Source: the human T2T-CHM13v2.0 reference genome, Homo sapiens. Taken from it: 64,000 nt of DNA. This document shows positions 28,051 through 41,873 of this stretch, piece after piece. The stretch's first letter is position 1, and every line of letters begins with the position of its first letter. The DNA is taken from the NCBI RefSeq assembly GCF_009914755.1, contig NC_060926.1; one strand, written 5' to 3'. Made by a program: the position numbers and the translations under genes. The notes under the pieces are model-generated. The model worked only from the letters and a program-made list of their open reading frames with translations, was not told the DNA's origin and ran no database searches.

Positions 28051-29310
28051 GCACAGAAATGTCAATGAGAATCAGACTGGTCAATCGCAAAACTTACAGA
28101 AAATAGCCATGCAAAATCCTCATTAAGAAGGAAAAATATAACAACCCAAAAACTTCACACTGGATCCTTATTACTTTATCTATTCTCACTACAGTCCAGT
28201 GTAAACCTTCTGCTCAACCTCATATTTTGACTTCGATTCTTGCTTGCTTTAATATTTCTATTTTCCCCACATTCCTTTGTACTCATCTATACACATTTTC
28301 TGTCATTTAGTATTAATCTAAAGCTACTATATTTCCCTGAAGGCTTCCAAAAATTACAATCTGTATTGCACTTTGTCGATTATATATTGTGTTATTTTTT
28401 TCTTCTGTAAAAGTCTTGCTTCTCCTATTTTCTTGAGAGCAGAGATTATAATCTATACATTATTTTCTTCCCTCAAATGCTCAAATATAGTGAACACTCC
28501 TTATAAAAATGATTTTCCCAAATTGAGGCAAATTAGCTTCCAGAAATATTTATTAAACTTTCTTATATGTAAGAATATATGATAAACCTCATGAAAATCA
28601 GGCCCCAGAAAGTGTCTAAAGTGTCCCTCCCCCAGATTATTATACCTCCTACTTTAGATATCTATCTGTATAAGGGAATGACAATGTAACATAAAGTAAA
28701 ACTCACTAACTCACTTTCCAAAGTCGATTTGATTAAAAGCTACACTTGGACAATTAAACAGAGGTCATAATTTACAAAGAGGAAAATGCAAATTTAAAAT
28801 CCTACCTTGAAATTATTTCCTTCATCCAAAAACTCAGGCATCACACTTTGAATTAGGCACGATTCATTTTTTTTTCTCTTTGTACAAAGTTCAAATATAA
28901 AGTCATTCCTAATTTTAGTTAATAATTTATGCATCCACATATTTCAAGAATTTTTAAAAGATTAATTCCAGGACAATAAAGGAAATTGGAGATTTAATGT
29001 TAAACCTTACCAGCTCAGACTTTTAAATGAGGGGAGAAAATATGCTGATGACATTTGCCAAAGCTTGGTCTATGTAAAGAAATGAAGTTAACCTTTTTAT
29101 CTTACTGCAAGACCAAAGGTTGGTTGGTTTATTCTATCAGGATTCTCTTACCCCTGATTTTTGCAACTGTCAAAGGCTCAACAGTGCTACTGTGGATTTC
29201 AATTATAGAGCTAGTTACTGACAACTACAACATGAATGAAATTGTTATAACTCCGTAGAGTTAATACATCTATAAAATAAGGGTCCATTTCTTATGACCT
29301 ACTTTAAAAC

Positions 29311-29680
29311 TGCTATCGACTGAATTGTGTGCCTCCTCCCTAAAATTCATATGTTGAAGCACTAACCTGAAATGTGATAGTATTTGGAGATGGCATTTTT
29401 GGAGGCAATTAAGACTAAATGAGGTGATAAGTGAGTAGTCTTCATCCTATGGAATTGGTGGCATTATAAGAAGAGAGGGAGAGAAATGTCTGTCTCCCGT
29501 ATGTTAGGAATACAGCTGGAAGACAGCCATCTGCAAGCCAGGAAGAGGGTGCTCACCAGAACCCTACCATGCTAACAACCTGATCTGGGACTTCCAGCCT
29601 CTAGAACTTTGAGAAATACGTTTCTGTTGTTTAAGATTCCCAGTCTTGGGTATTTTGTTATGGCAGACCAAGATAATACA
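29311..29680 (+). mobile_element. MLT1A0-like solo LTR
   Basis: TGCTATCGACTGAATTGTG...CAGCCATCTGCAAGCCAGGAAGAG...GACTTCCAGCCTCTAGAAC...AATACA; TSD AAAAC/AAAAT. Confidence 0.88.
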
Positions 29681-30764
29681 AAAATTAATCTTGATGATTT
29701 GGAATAAGTGATTTGGAATCTGTAATAAAAACATAACAATTGTAATGCATTTATGTGTATGTGTTTGTGGAATACCAAATGGCATAAACACAATAAAAAA
29801 TTGTTGAGGAAAATAATTAAAGTGGGGAAAGAATGTAGCAAAAGTGAAGAATACCTATAATATTTAATGAAAATGAGGTTGTATTAAGCTATCTATGATA
29901 TTAATGTAAATGAGATGAATTGAATATGTCTATGGGCTATTTTTGCAATAATCACAAAATAAAAAGTAAATTCTAACAATATTATTCTGTCTTAAGTAAA
30001 GTTAGATACTCCATTTTTTGTCTTTCATACTAGCAAAGAACTATAAAGCTTCCTCAAAATAACTTTATTTTTTCAAATTAAATATGTCATACTGCAGAAT
30101 GTCTTTTTTAAGGCTGAAGAGTATTCCATTTTATGTATATGCCACATTTCCTTCACGCACTTATCTGTGGATAGACACCTCTTTCACATCTGGGCTATTG
30201 TGAATAATGCTGCAATGAACATAGAAGTGCCAATGTACCTTCCAGACTCTGATTTCAGTTCTCTTGAATATATATTCAGACACTGGCTTGCTGGATCATA
30301 GGGTATGATAGTTTTATATTTTTAAGTTTTTAAGAAACCTCACATATGGTTTTCTATAGCAGCTGTACCATCTGCATTTCCAACAGTGTGTGAGGGTTCA
30401 AATTTCTCCATGGCTAACACTTGTTTTTTGTTTTGTTTTCTTAATTGTCATCTTGACAGGAGTGAGGTGATATATCATTGTAGAGGGTTGATTTGAATTT
30501 CTGTGATGATTAGTGATATTTAACAGAATAAAGAGTCCAGAAATTAATCCATGCACATATGGCCGACTGATCTTTGACAATGGTGCCAAATATACACAAT
30601 GGAGAAAAGATAGTCTCTTCAACAAATGGTGCTGAGAAAACTGGATATATACATAAAAAAAGAATGAAATTGGGCCCTTATATATTACACAAAAGTCAAG
30701 TCAAAATAGGTTACTCTTAAATGTAATTCCTGAGATTCTAAATCTCCCTAAAGAAAACATGGGG

Positions 30765-31090
30765 TAGTAAATGATGTTTTGATACATGTTTACAATGTGC
30801 AATGGTTAAATCAAGCTAATTACCATATATATTACCTCACATATGTATTTTTGTGGTAAGAATACTTAACATCTATTCTCTTAGCAATTTTCAAGTATAC
30901 AATTTTATTATTGACCATAGTCACCATGTTGAACTATAGAGCTCTTGAATTTATTTTTCCTATTTAATTGAACTTTGACAAACATCTCTCCAATCCTCCC
31001 CCAGTCATAAATGTATATGATTTTTGTCAATAAAAAAAAGAAATAAATGTTCAAGTTGAGGGTAAAATATCCAAAGTTTAAAATAAAAAG
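30765..31090. mobile_element. L1MA8-like 3' end with inversion, nested in the host L1
   Basis: Minus part TGATGTTTTGATAC...CCTCCCCCAG, then plus ATAAATGTATATGATTTTTGTCAATAAAAA; TSD-like AAAGAAAACATGG/AAAGAAAATAGG. Confidence 0.75.
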
Positions 31091-31280
31091 AAAATAGGAA
31101 AAGCTTCATGACACTGGATTTGGCAGTGATTTTATGAATATGACACAAATGAAATGTCAACAAAACAAAATAAACAAGTGAGACTGTATCAAATTAAAAA
31201 GTGTTTACACAACAAAGGAAACAATCAACAGAGTGAAAAGGCAATCTACAGAATGGGAGGAAATATTTGAAAACTATATA

Positions 31281-31642
31281 CACGCAGAATTGAATTATAA
31301 TAATTTGAATTACAATGATTTTATTTTACAATAGTGTAAAAATTATGCCCATTCATAGAAACTATTTTTAAGCACCCATACAAACATTGTGTTTTCTGCT
31401 TCCGGTATAGTATTTAACAAATTATATGAGATACTCAAAATTTTATTATAACATAGGCTACATGTTAGATGATTTGGCCCAACTGTAGGCTAATGTAAGT
31501 GTTCTGATCACATTTAAGGTAGGGGAGGTTAAGCTATGATGTTCTGTAGGTTAGGTGATTAAATGCATTTTTGACTTACAATATCTTCAACTTATGATGA
31601 GTTTATCTGGATGTAACCCTGTTATTAGTTCACGAGCATCTA
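31281..31642 (-). mobile_element. MER47A (Tigger-family MITE)
   Basis: GTTAGATGATTTGGCCCAACTGTAGGCTAATGTAAGTGTTCTGA...TAAATGCATTTTTGACTTAC...GAGCATCT; inserted at TA; host L1 resumes TATCTAATAAGGGG. Confidence 0.85.
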
Positions 31643-32631
31643 TATCTAATAAGGGGTTAATCTCCAAAATAAATTAGAAACACCCAAAACTCAATAGTTC
31701 AAAAAAAAAAAAGGTTAATAACCTTATTGAAAAATAGGCTAAGTACTTGAACAGATATTTCACCAAAGATGACATACAAATGATCAACAGGTGTAGAAAC
31801 CTTCAATTCTGAAGCTAGGAAATAAAAGATTTAACAATGAGGTTTTTCTGATGAAGAAATGGCCTTGACTCAGAATGCGTTTTAGAACAATGACTACTTA
31901 AGTACTTTACAGGGACTATGCTCTTCAGATAGCCACATCTGGACAAATAATTTTGATCTAGTCCCAATTTTCAGAGTTGCAGGAAAGGTTGGAAAAGCTT
32001 GAGTTTAGAAATAGTAATATCGAATATCTATAATTGGTATCAATTCTTAACTAGGATATAATTGTATGTAATATTTGAGACTAAAAAAAAATCTAAAATT
32101 TATAATCTCAGAACTGGGAAGAGAAGAATTACTCATTGTGGCCACAATGAGAGAACAAGTCCAGAGGTAAGCACATAAAGAGGGCTGATTTGAGTTACTG
32201 TTCAGAAAGTTTTTCTTGCAATAATAACTCTTCAAATATGGACTGAACTACACATAAAAGTAGTCAGGTGTGACTAGTAGAGCCCATATTTTGGCTAGGA
32301 CTTAAAACTCAATGAATATTTATTAAATGACATATTATTGACTGGATTAGTGGCTGAGTGATAAGGATTTTACATAGGAAGGTAACAGTTTAAACAGTAG
32401 GAGAACTGTAGGCCAAGACAATACTTTAAATTCCCATTTTAGCATAGTCTACAATTCAACCAGTTCTAAAACACCTTATTAGACACACACAGATTTGCCT
32501 GCTAGTGATGTCATTACACAACCCTGTAACCTGGACAATTTTTTCAGCAATGTGGAGTGTGGTTTCTAATTTCTCAAAGTGAATGGAATAAATCCATTTA
32601 GTAGTTATTGGGAAAGTAAATGATGTATGTA

Positions 32632-33191
32632 TGTGTCAGAGTCCCCAAGACCCTGAATCTAGGAGATTCAATGGAATGACTCATGGGACTCAGCATATAA
32701 TAATACTCATGACAAGATTTATGACTGTGATTTAGTAAGGATACATGGCCAGATCACAAGGGCAAAAACACAGGTGGAGTCTTGAAGAAATCATGTGCAG
32801 CTTTCCTTATGCTGACTCCTTCCCATGACAGAACACACAGAGGACACTGCTCCCCAGCAACAGAAATGCAGCAACATGTTTTTGATGTTCCTGCCCAGGG
32901 AAGCTCATTAGAAACTCAGTGTCCAGAGTTTTTCTTAGGGTTGCAATAGGTGCCCTCTACCTAGGGCATACCAAAATTCCAGACTCTCAAAAGGAAAGCA
33001 GGTATTCAGCAAAGAACACACATTATATGCACAAACAGTTGGTGCAGAGTGGGTTACTTTGTCAGTTTGTGGATGGTGAGAATACTCCTGAAATCCAAGT
33101 TTCTAGATGTCAGCCAATGGCTAGCTAGCAGGCCTTTTAAAGGATAACAGTTTTGGGCCTGCTACCTGCTATGTTAACTCTTTTCTACACA
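32632..33191 (-). mobile_element. MER68 ERVL solo LTR
   Basis: Ends CCTGCTATGTTAACTCTTTTCTACACA (reverse complement of the MER68 start); perfect 5-bp TSD ATGTA. Confidence 0.87.
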
Positions 33192-33869
33192 ATGTACACG
33201 GCAGATCTCAGGATTTTGGGCAGAGTAAACATACAATACGTTTTGTCCTACCTCCTCAACTTCCCACCCATTCCTACTCAGCTCAGTCAGGACCACAGAT
33301 CAGCCAGCCCACACTGCCACCATCTTCCTTGGACACCAATACTGCACCTCTATTTGTACACTAGAACATCAATACCGATACATCTCTTGCCATCAAAATA
33401 TTTTTTCCCTTGGGCATTCTTTATATCATTGCCCCTAAATGAAAATTCCAGGTTTGGTTTTTCTGTGTCCTAATTTCAAGAGAGGCTATAGAAGTATCTG
33501 CATTTTCTTATTTTATATGGAGAGGTAGGTAAAGTTTACTGACAAGATTAATTCTCATCCAAATACAGCAAATATCTCTGACTTGGAAGACATACACCAC
33601 ACAAAGACATATTCCTTGCAATCACTTTCTGATCCTAGACTATTTGATTTTTTTAAAAATTCAAGAGCCCCTGTATTACTTGAGTTTGTAAGGCAGAAAT
33701 TCTAACTGTAGTTGGGGTGTGTTCTCATAAGGAATTTTAGTGTGGGGTTGGCCTTTTAATCTATTTACTTGAAAGAACTATAAGGTTCTGGAGGAGTTCA
33801 AGATTCTCTCAAAGCTTTACAAATACAATGCTTCACATTTGGAAAATCCAGTTGAGCCACGTTAGACTC

Positions 33870-34422
33870 CCAATCCATGCAAACTGCAACATGGTAAATT
33901 GCAGCAGTTAGATTCTTGTCTCAGGGTCCCACACTCCAAGTGTTGGCTGACTGCCTACTTATCTGATGCTATAAGAAAGAATCTGCTTCCAACCTCACTA
34001 GAGTCATTGTCAGAAATCTTTTCTTGCAGTTGTAAGAATTATATTGCTACTGCCTTGTGAGCTGCCATCCAGAAGACACTGTCATCTTTTAAGCTGCTCA
34101 AATTTCCATGCCATGGTCCTCATTCGCTCTCTTACAATATCACAATTTAGTCCTTCAAGGCCAGCAACAGGATTCCTCTGATTAAATCCCCCCTCACACT
34201 CTGAGTGTGTCAGACTTACTCTTTTGCAGTCAACCAGAGAAACCTCTCTACTTTTAAGGATTCATGTCAGTTGCACTCACTCAGCCAAGTTCCCCATCTT
34301 AAGGTCAACTGATGAGTAAATTTAACTGCATTTACAATATACTTTTGCCACATAACTTATAATCACAAGTAAAATACCAGGTGGCAATGGTCATGGGAAT
34401 CATCTTAGAATTCTGCCTAGCA
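33870..34422 (-). mobile_element. MLT1E-like LTR
   Basis: AAGAATCTGCTTCCAA, TTCTTGCAGTTGTA, TTAAGGTCAACTGA, ends CATCTTAGAATTCTGCCTAGCA. Confidence 0.75.
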
Positions 34423-35214
34423 TCGTTACTAATCAATGTTTTAGCATACCCTAAATAGTAATGCCCATGTTAAAGTTTGATGGTGTTATATCTCTAAATA
34501 CTAAATATAAGCTTGTGTGTCAACCTGTAATACTTACTGATTATTCCATCCTAAAAGTGCCTTAATATTTTCTCTCTACTCCATGTTTCTGCATTATTGC
34601 AATTATAGACATTATATTTTTGTAGTTATCGACTTAACTAGGAGTCATTTACTGAAAATACTTCACAAAGTATGCTCAAGCTAAACAGTGAAAAGAAAAC
34701 TTCCAAATGTATTCTAAGCCCGGGATGCAAAAGACAAGGTTTAGTGATGACTAACCACTCACAGCAGACGAATCCATCATAAAATGAGATAAATGTGCCC
34801 ATCAAAGTAACTGCGTAAACTAAATTATTATTTGTTTCCCATCTCTATAAAGTGATATATATAGAAAAAAACACATATATATACACATACACTCATTTTT
34901 AAGTCAAGATATGTCAACCTTTTCATGCAACACAACAATCTACTAATATTTTTTAGCACGATTTCTTCAGAAAAGGACTTACTAGGAGAAAATGGTACAA
35001 AGTGATTGGGTGAGAATTGAACTGAGCACTTGAAGGATATGAATATTGGAGACACACTTACATTTCCAAATAGAAAATGAATGATGAAGGCAATTAAGGA
35101 AAGTCATATGTTTTCTATTAAGCAATTTTTAGATGTTGGAATATTAGAAAGCTGTGTTTTCTCCCAAAGGAAATAAAGCAATTTTCTTGATTCCCTTAAA
35201 ATAAGATATAAAAA

Positions 35215-35436
35215 GGCTGGACGCGGTGACTCACGCCTATAATCCCAGCACTTTGGGAGGCTGAGATGGGCGGATCATGAGGTCAAGAGATGGAGTCCAT
35301 CCTGGCCAACATGATGAAACCCCGTCTCTACTAAAAATACAAAAAATTAACCGGGCGTGGTGGCAGGCGCCTGTAATCCCAGCTACTTGGGGAGGCTGGG
35401 CAAAAAGAGCAAAACTCCATCTCAAATAATAATAAT
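35215..35436 (+). mobile_element. AluS (Sc-like left arm) with a right-arm internal deletion
   Basis: GGAGGCTG joined directly to GGCAAAAAGAGC; perfect 17-bp TSD AAAATAAGATATAAAAA. Confidence 0.93.
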
Positions 35437-35787
35437 AAAATAAGATATAAAAATATATATTACGTATATTTTAACATCCAGGAAATTCTCAAGTCTATAT
35501 GAGGATCAACAGCATTAAAACCTATCAAAGACAAATATAATTTTTAGAATTTGATTGATGTTTTTCTTGCTCAGTACTTTGTAGATCATCATTATTATTT
35601 ATCTTTATTTGTGCTGGAGGAAAGACAGAGTATAATTCTTTCAAAGTAATGTACTCGTATACCTTCTCTTTACTTTACCAATAGCAATTTGGATAAGAAA
35701 GTAAAAGTAATTTTGCTTTGAATTTAGTTAGAAGATGATACTTATCATCAGCAATAACCCCTTCCTGTTCTCAGATTTTGGTTTCAA

Positions 35788-37088
35788 AATGGCTTCTCTA
35801 CTAAAATGAACCAGTGCTCCTTGGAGAAATGACTGATTCCGGATCTGGGGGCAGAGAAAGCAAAGTAGTCTAGAACAGCATTGTGTTCCAGAAAGTAAGG
35901 AATGCACTCTCTCTTTCTCTCTTTCTCTCTCTCTGTCTATAAATACATATATATGTATTTATTTATAAATGAGAAAGTGTGCATATATATGCATTTATTT
36001 ATTTATATGGATGCATATTTAAATATATGTGCATTTATTCCCATTTATTTCTCTCCCTTTTATATATATATATACACACATATATATACACATACATATA
36101 TATACACATATATATATAAATATATGAAGGAAGGAAGAGGAAAGAAGGAAGGAAGGCAGAAAGAAAAAAGGAAGGGAGGAAGGAAGGAAGGACGGAAGGA
36201 AGGAAGGACCGAAGGAAGGAAGGACGGAAGGAAGGAAGGGAGGGAGGGAGGGAGGAAGTGAGGGAAGAAAGACAACATCCTTAGAATAGAAGAAATTATG
36301 AAGTTCAAAAAATCATTTTGCTATTATCATAGTAAATGGATTTAGGCAAGGGTCACTGATGAATACTAATATCAGTGGTTGGAGGTTTAGTAAGTGTTTC
36401 AAAGCATCTCCTGTGAATTACTTATCAATTACAAAAGAGAGAGTAATTTTATAGTGGAGAAATATGAAGAGCATTACCTTAATCCTGTAATCAGAGTTAA
36501 CATTCCCTATAATGGGACAAATTAATATAATGGGACAAATTAATTCATGACTTCAGATACAGGGAGCCATGTTTGTGGCATTCCTGACACAAATGCATAC
36601 CTTAAATATAATCATGGGGAATCATCAGGCAAATAAAAACTAAGTGGTATTCTACAAAATAACTGTCCGATGCCCTTCAAAAATATAGTAAAATACAAAG
36701 AAAAGCTGAGGAACTCTTACAGGCTTAAACCATAAAATCTAAATGTAATGCATGACCCTGGCCTGGACTCTGGACCAGTATGAAGAAAAAGCTAAAGAAA
36801 AATAAAAAATTTAAAAAGCTAATGATGAAATTTAAATTATGGACTGTAGATTAGGTAATATAAACATGTTAACTTTTATGATGGTTCTCCAAGAGAATGT
36901 TCTTATTCTTAGGAAATAAAGCACTGAAAAATTTATCAATTAAAGGCCATAATTCCTGCAACCTAGTTTCATACGATATGGAAGGAATTATATTACAGAC
37001 ACACCCACCCACCCAAACACACATACACACAGAGACAGAAATTTCTTGCAAATTTTCTGTAAGTTTGAGATTATTCCAAAGTTTACAA
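35788..37088 (+). mobile_element. L1MC4/5-like 3' UTR with internal TA-rich and (GGAA)n repeats
   Basis: AACCAGTGCTCCTTGGAGAAATGACTGATTCC, TTTATAGTGGAGAAA, ATTCTACAAAATAACTG, ends TTGCAAATTTTCTGTAAGTTTGAGATTATTCC. Confidence 0.8.
36126..36270. repeat. (GGAA)n polypurine tract
   Basis: Direct reading. Confidence 0.95.
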
Positions 37089-38380
37089 ATATATATGTAC
37101 ACATATATAAAGTATATATATAATATATATACATGTATACATATATAAAGTGTATATATAATGTATATACATATATACATATATAAAGTATATATATAAT
37201 ATATACATATATAAAGTATATATATAATATATACATATATAAAGTATATATAATATATACATATATAAAGTATATATAATATATACATATATAAAGTATA
37301 TATATCATATATACATATATAAAGTATATATATAATATATACATATATACATATATAAAGTATATATAACATATATACATATATAAAGTATATATAACAT
37401 ATATACATATATAAAGTATATATATAATATATACATATATACATATATAAAGTATATATAACATATATACATATATACAGTATATATAACATATATACAT
37501 ATATACAGTATATATAACATATATACATATATACAGTATATATAACATATATACATATATACAGTATATATAACATATATACATATATACATGAAGTATA
37601 TATAACATATATACATATATACATGAAGTATATATAACATATATACATATATACATGAAGTATATATAACATATATACATATATACATGAAGTATATATA
37701 ACATATATACATATATACATATATAAAGTATATATAACATATACATATATACATATATAAAGTATAACATATACATATATACATATATAAAGTATATATA
37801 ATATATAACATATACATATATAAAGTATATATAATATATAACATATACATATATAAAGTATATATAATATATAACATATACATATATAAAGTATATATAA
37901 TATATACATATATACATATATAAAGTATATATAATATATATATACATATATAAAGTATATATAATATATATACATATATACATATATAAAGTATATATAA
38001 TATATATACATATATAAAGTATATATAATATATATACATATATACATATATAAAGTATATATAATATATATACATATATACATATATAAAGTATATATAA
38101 TATATATACATATATACATATATAAAGTATATATAATATATATACATATATACATATATAAAGTATATATAATATATATACATATATACATATATAAAGT
38201 ATATATAATATATATACATATATACATATATAAAGTATATATAATATGTATACATATATACATATATAAAGTATATATAATATGTATACATATATACATA
38301 TATAAAGTATATATATAATATGTATACATATATACATATATAAAGTATATATATAATATGTATACATATATACATAAAGT
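37089..38380. repeat. AT-rich minisatellite/VNTR, units 26-36 bp (core TACATATATAAAGTATATATAA)
   Basis: About 1.3 kb array with variant blocks of period 28, 32, 33 and 36. Confidence 0.97.
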
Positions 38381-38859
38381 TCAACCAACAATTATGGTAA
38401 TGAGGATCAGTAGCAAAAGATTCAAAATTTTTGTAGATAAAATAGTAAAATGTTTATCTCCCACTCTAATTACACATTCACTTTGGATTAGCTTCAGGCT
38501 TTGTTTCATGTAATTACCCCATGTCATTGGAACTATGTTGAAGTCACCACTGCAAACGGATCAGAAGATGTGTTGGAACATGGAATCGATCTTAAAGCTT
38601 CTATTTGAAAATGACACATGTAAACAGCTGTTCACAATTCATTGGCCAAAGTGTTCAGGAAAGTGTTATTCTACAATGTGTACCTTTTTAGATGGATTTT
38701 AATTTTTCATTTCATTTTTAATGTATTTATAATTATATGATTTTAGAGCAAAATAATCAAACATAATTAACATGTGTTAAGCTTATTTGTAAAATAATTA
38801 GAAAATTAACTATGTTAAAGTCTGAAAAAGGCAAATGAAAGAAATTTTATGTGAATGCA

Positions 38860-38986
38860 TTAACACTGTTTTAATACTTTGCAACTTTTTACAAAACTGT
38901 GATTGGGTTCAGTCATGAACGAAAAAAAAAAAGGAACAAAAGAAAGGAAATCAGTATATCAAAGTGATACATGCACCCCCATGTTT
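38860..38986 (+). repeat. Chimeric copy of 42481-42546 plus 43085-43153
   Basis: TTAACACTGTTTTAATACTTTGCAACTTTTT...GGGTTCAGTCATGAA joined through an A-run to AAGGAACAAA.GAAAGGAAATCAGTATATCAAAG...ATGTTT. Confidence 0.95.
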
Positions 38987-39179
38987 GTATTTTAGCCAGT
39001 TAAGTAGTTACACTAAATATGTCTTTGAGTTGAAATTATTTTTACTTCTATTTTTATTTGTGAGTCATCAAAATGAGAGTAATTAATATGTTTTCTAAAA
39101 GCATTTATGATGAATTCTCAAATCTCAACTAGATTCACATTTTAAAATACACAGCCTTGATGCATGAGCTCCACAGGAG

Positions 39180-39705
<526 letters not shown>

Positions 39706-40104
39706 AGAAATGTTTTTTAAGCCATTATGAAGGTCAGTAATATACTCATGTAGTGTTAGTCTCATGATGTCATGGTGATGTAGACTCAAAATTTGGAGGT
39801 CTGCATGATGATACTTGTGACATTTACTGGCTTGGCTTTTCTGATCGGTGTAATGAAGAGACTCATCATTGACCTTATTTCATACGGTGGTTATGGAACT
39901 TGAGATAAAGGTTGTGAAAGAGTTTTAAATAAAAAATAAAAGCACTATACAAACATGCTTTTCAATATAATATTTGGAAAATTAGGTAAGTACTCTGTGT
40001 AGAACACATTGACATATGAATAAATGCTTCAGATGTTTAGATGGACTAATTGCACAGAAAATGCAGCAAATTAGTTTAACGCAACCATTAACAAACATTT
40101 TTCA

Positions 40105-40398
<294 letters not shown>

Positions 40399-40539
40399 TT
40401 CTATACAGAGCTAGATAATAAGTATTTCTGACTTTGCCCACATACAATGCACTTAACCATTGTAGTAAGGAAAGGAGTCCCATACAGTATTTAACCAAAT
40501 GGGTACAGCTGTGTACTTTAAAAAAGTATGCCTACCCCT

Positions 40540-40727
40540 GGTTTAAAGGATGAACTCTGAGGATTGACTGAATTTTTTTTTAATCCTAGCTTTGCCATTT
40601 AATTAACAGATGAGCTTGGGAAAGTTACCAGTCTGTGCCTGCACTTTTTCTTCCAAAAAAGAAAGAAGGAAGGAAGGAAGGAAGGAAGGAAGGAAGGAAG
40701 GAAGGAAGGAAGGAAGGAAGGAAGGGA

Positions 40728-40799
<72 letters not shown>

Positions 40800-41005
40800 A
40801 GAAAGAAAGAAAGAGAAAGAAGGAAAGAAGGAAGGAAGGACGGAAGGAAGGAAGGAAGGAGAAAGAAAAAAGAAAGAAAGAAAGAGAAAGAAAGAAGAAA
40901 GAAAGGAGGGAGGGAGGGAAGAAAGGAATATAACTATTAGGTCTGTTGTGAGCATTAAAATGACTTAAACAGATAAAGTAGTTATTTCAGTTCTGGCACA
41001 TATTC
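40540..41005 (+). mobile_element. MIR split by a polypurine STR
   Basis: AATCCTAGCTTTGCCATTT...CTTGGGAAAGTTA...CTGTGCCT [STR] GTTGTGAGCATTAAAATGA...CTGGCACATA. Confidence 0.7.
40655..40928. repeat. Compound (GGAA)n(GAAA)n polypurine STR
   Basis: About 270 bp, almost purine-only on the plus strand. Confidence 0.97.
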
Positions 41006-41873
41006 CTCTACAAGGGTATATTATTGCTATTGGGTGATGCAGAGTTAAAGGAGAGTTAGAATTTTGGATGACTCTATATTTTATCTGACATCCATGCCAA
41101 CATTATAAATATCATATTGTTCCAAACCTTGTCTTTGGAGTTCCTGGCATAACTACTTGTCTATTATATGTCTAGACTGATTAATTCAAATCTATTATTT
41201 GGCTGAAGTTGGTTATCAAGTTAATTATAGATTGTTGCCAATTTTAAGTGAGTCAATGCATGTGAAAGTAATCTGGTTGCTAAGAAAACAGAAAGCATAC
41301 CCAGTATTGTTTTCTTGTATGATATAAAAACTATGAAGTCTTGTGACAAACATACACACAGTGTTTAGAATCAAAGAACTAATGTCTGATCTTGGCTCTA
41401 GCACGTATTATCCTTGTTCAAAAAAATTACCTCTTCTTTCTCTTAACTGATATACGTATTGAAAACCACATAATGTAGAAGGTTCCTGTAAAACAAAAAT
41501 GAAAATGTGTGAAAGTACTTTCTAAACTGTTTTTCAAATATTATTTACTATTAATTGACCACAAAGTATTTCATTTTTTGAAAATTTAAACTCAATCTGT
41601 ATGTTTAAACACTATATTTACTCTAAAGGTAACTGAGTCCTTGCATTCACAGAAAGACTGTATTATTAAGGATACAAGGCTAACACATTGAAATATGTAG
41701 TGAATTTATAAAGGTAAAAATACATCTTATGACTTTGACTTGAAGGTGCTACAGATTATCAGGAAAGTGGGAGGAGGGAGAGGATTGGAATTGACAGGAA
41801 GTTTATTAAGGAGAGGCTTATAGAAGATAAAAACTGGCCGGGGTTTTTGAGGAATTATTGAAATGTGGATGCT

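Larger units (their letters stand above)
30092..31795. mobile_element. L1M with 5' inversion (minus 30092-30520; plus 30521-31795), hosting two younger insertions
   Basis: Orientation switch at TAGTGATATT|TAACAGAATAAAGAGTCCAG; the plus part ends CAAATGATCAACAGGTGTA. Confidence 0.82.

Noticed and set aside
37089-38380. CRISPR-like periodic array
   Set aside because: No unique spacers and no cas genes; eukaryotic minisatellite.
36869-38391. Three long overlapping minus-strand ORFs (486, 467 and 359 aa) rich in Y/I/C/M
   Set aside because: VNTR artefact: the plus strand almost lacks TTA/CTA/TCA, so all three minus frames are stop-free; no coding complexity.
38860-38986. Processed (spliced) retrocopy explanation for the chimeric insert
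   Set aside because: No GT-AG boundaries on either strand, no terminal poly-A and no TSD.
40599-40955. K/E/R-rich and F/L/S-rich ORFs (also 35902-36308 and 1337-1579)
   Set aside because: Translations of polypurine/polypyrimidine simple repeats.
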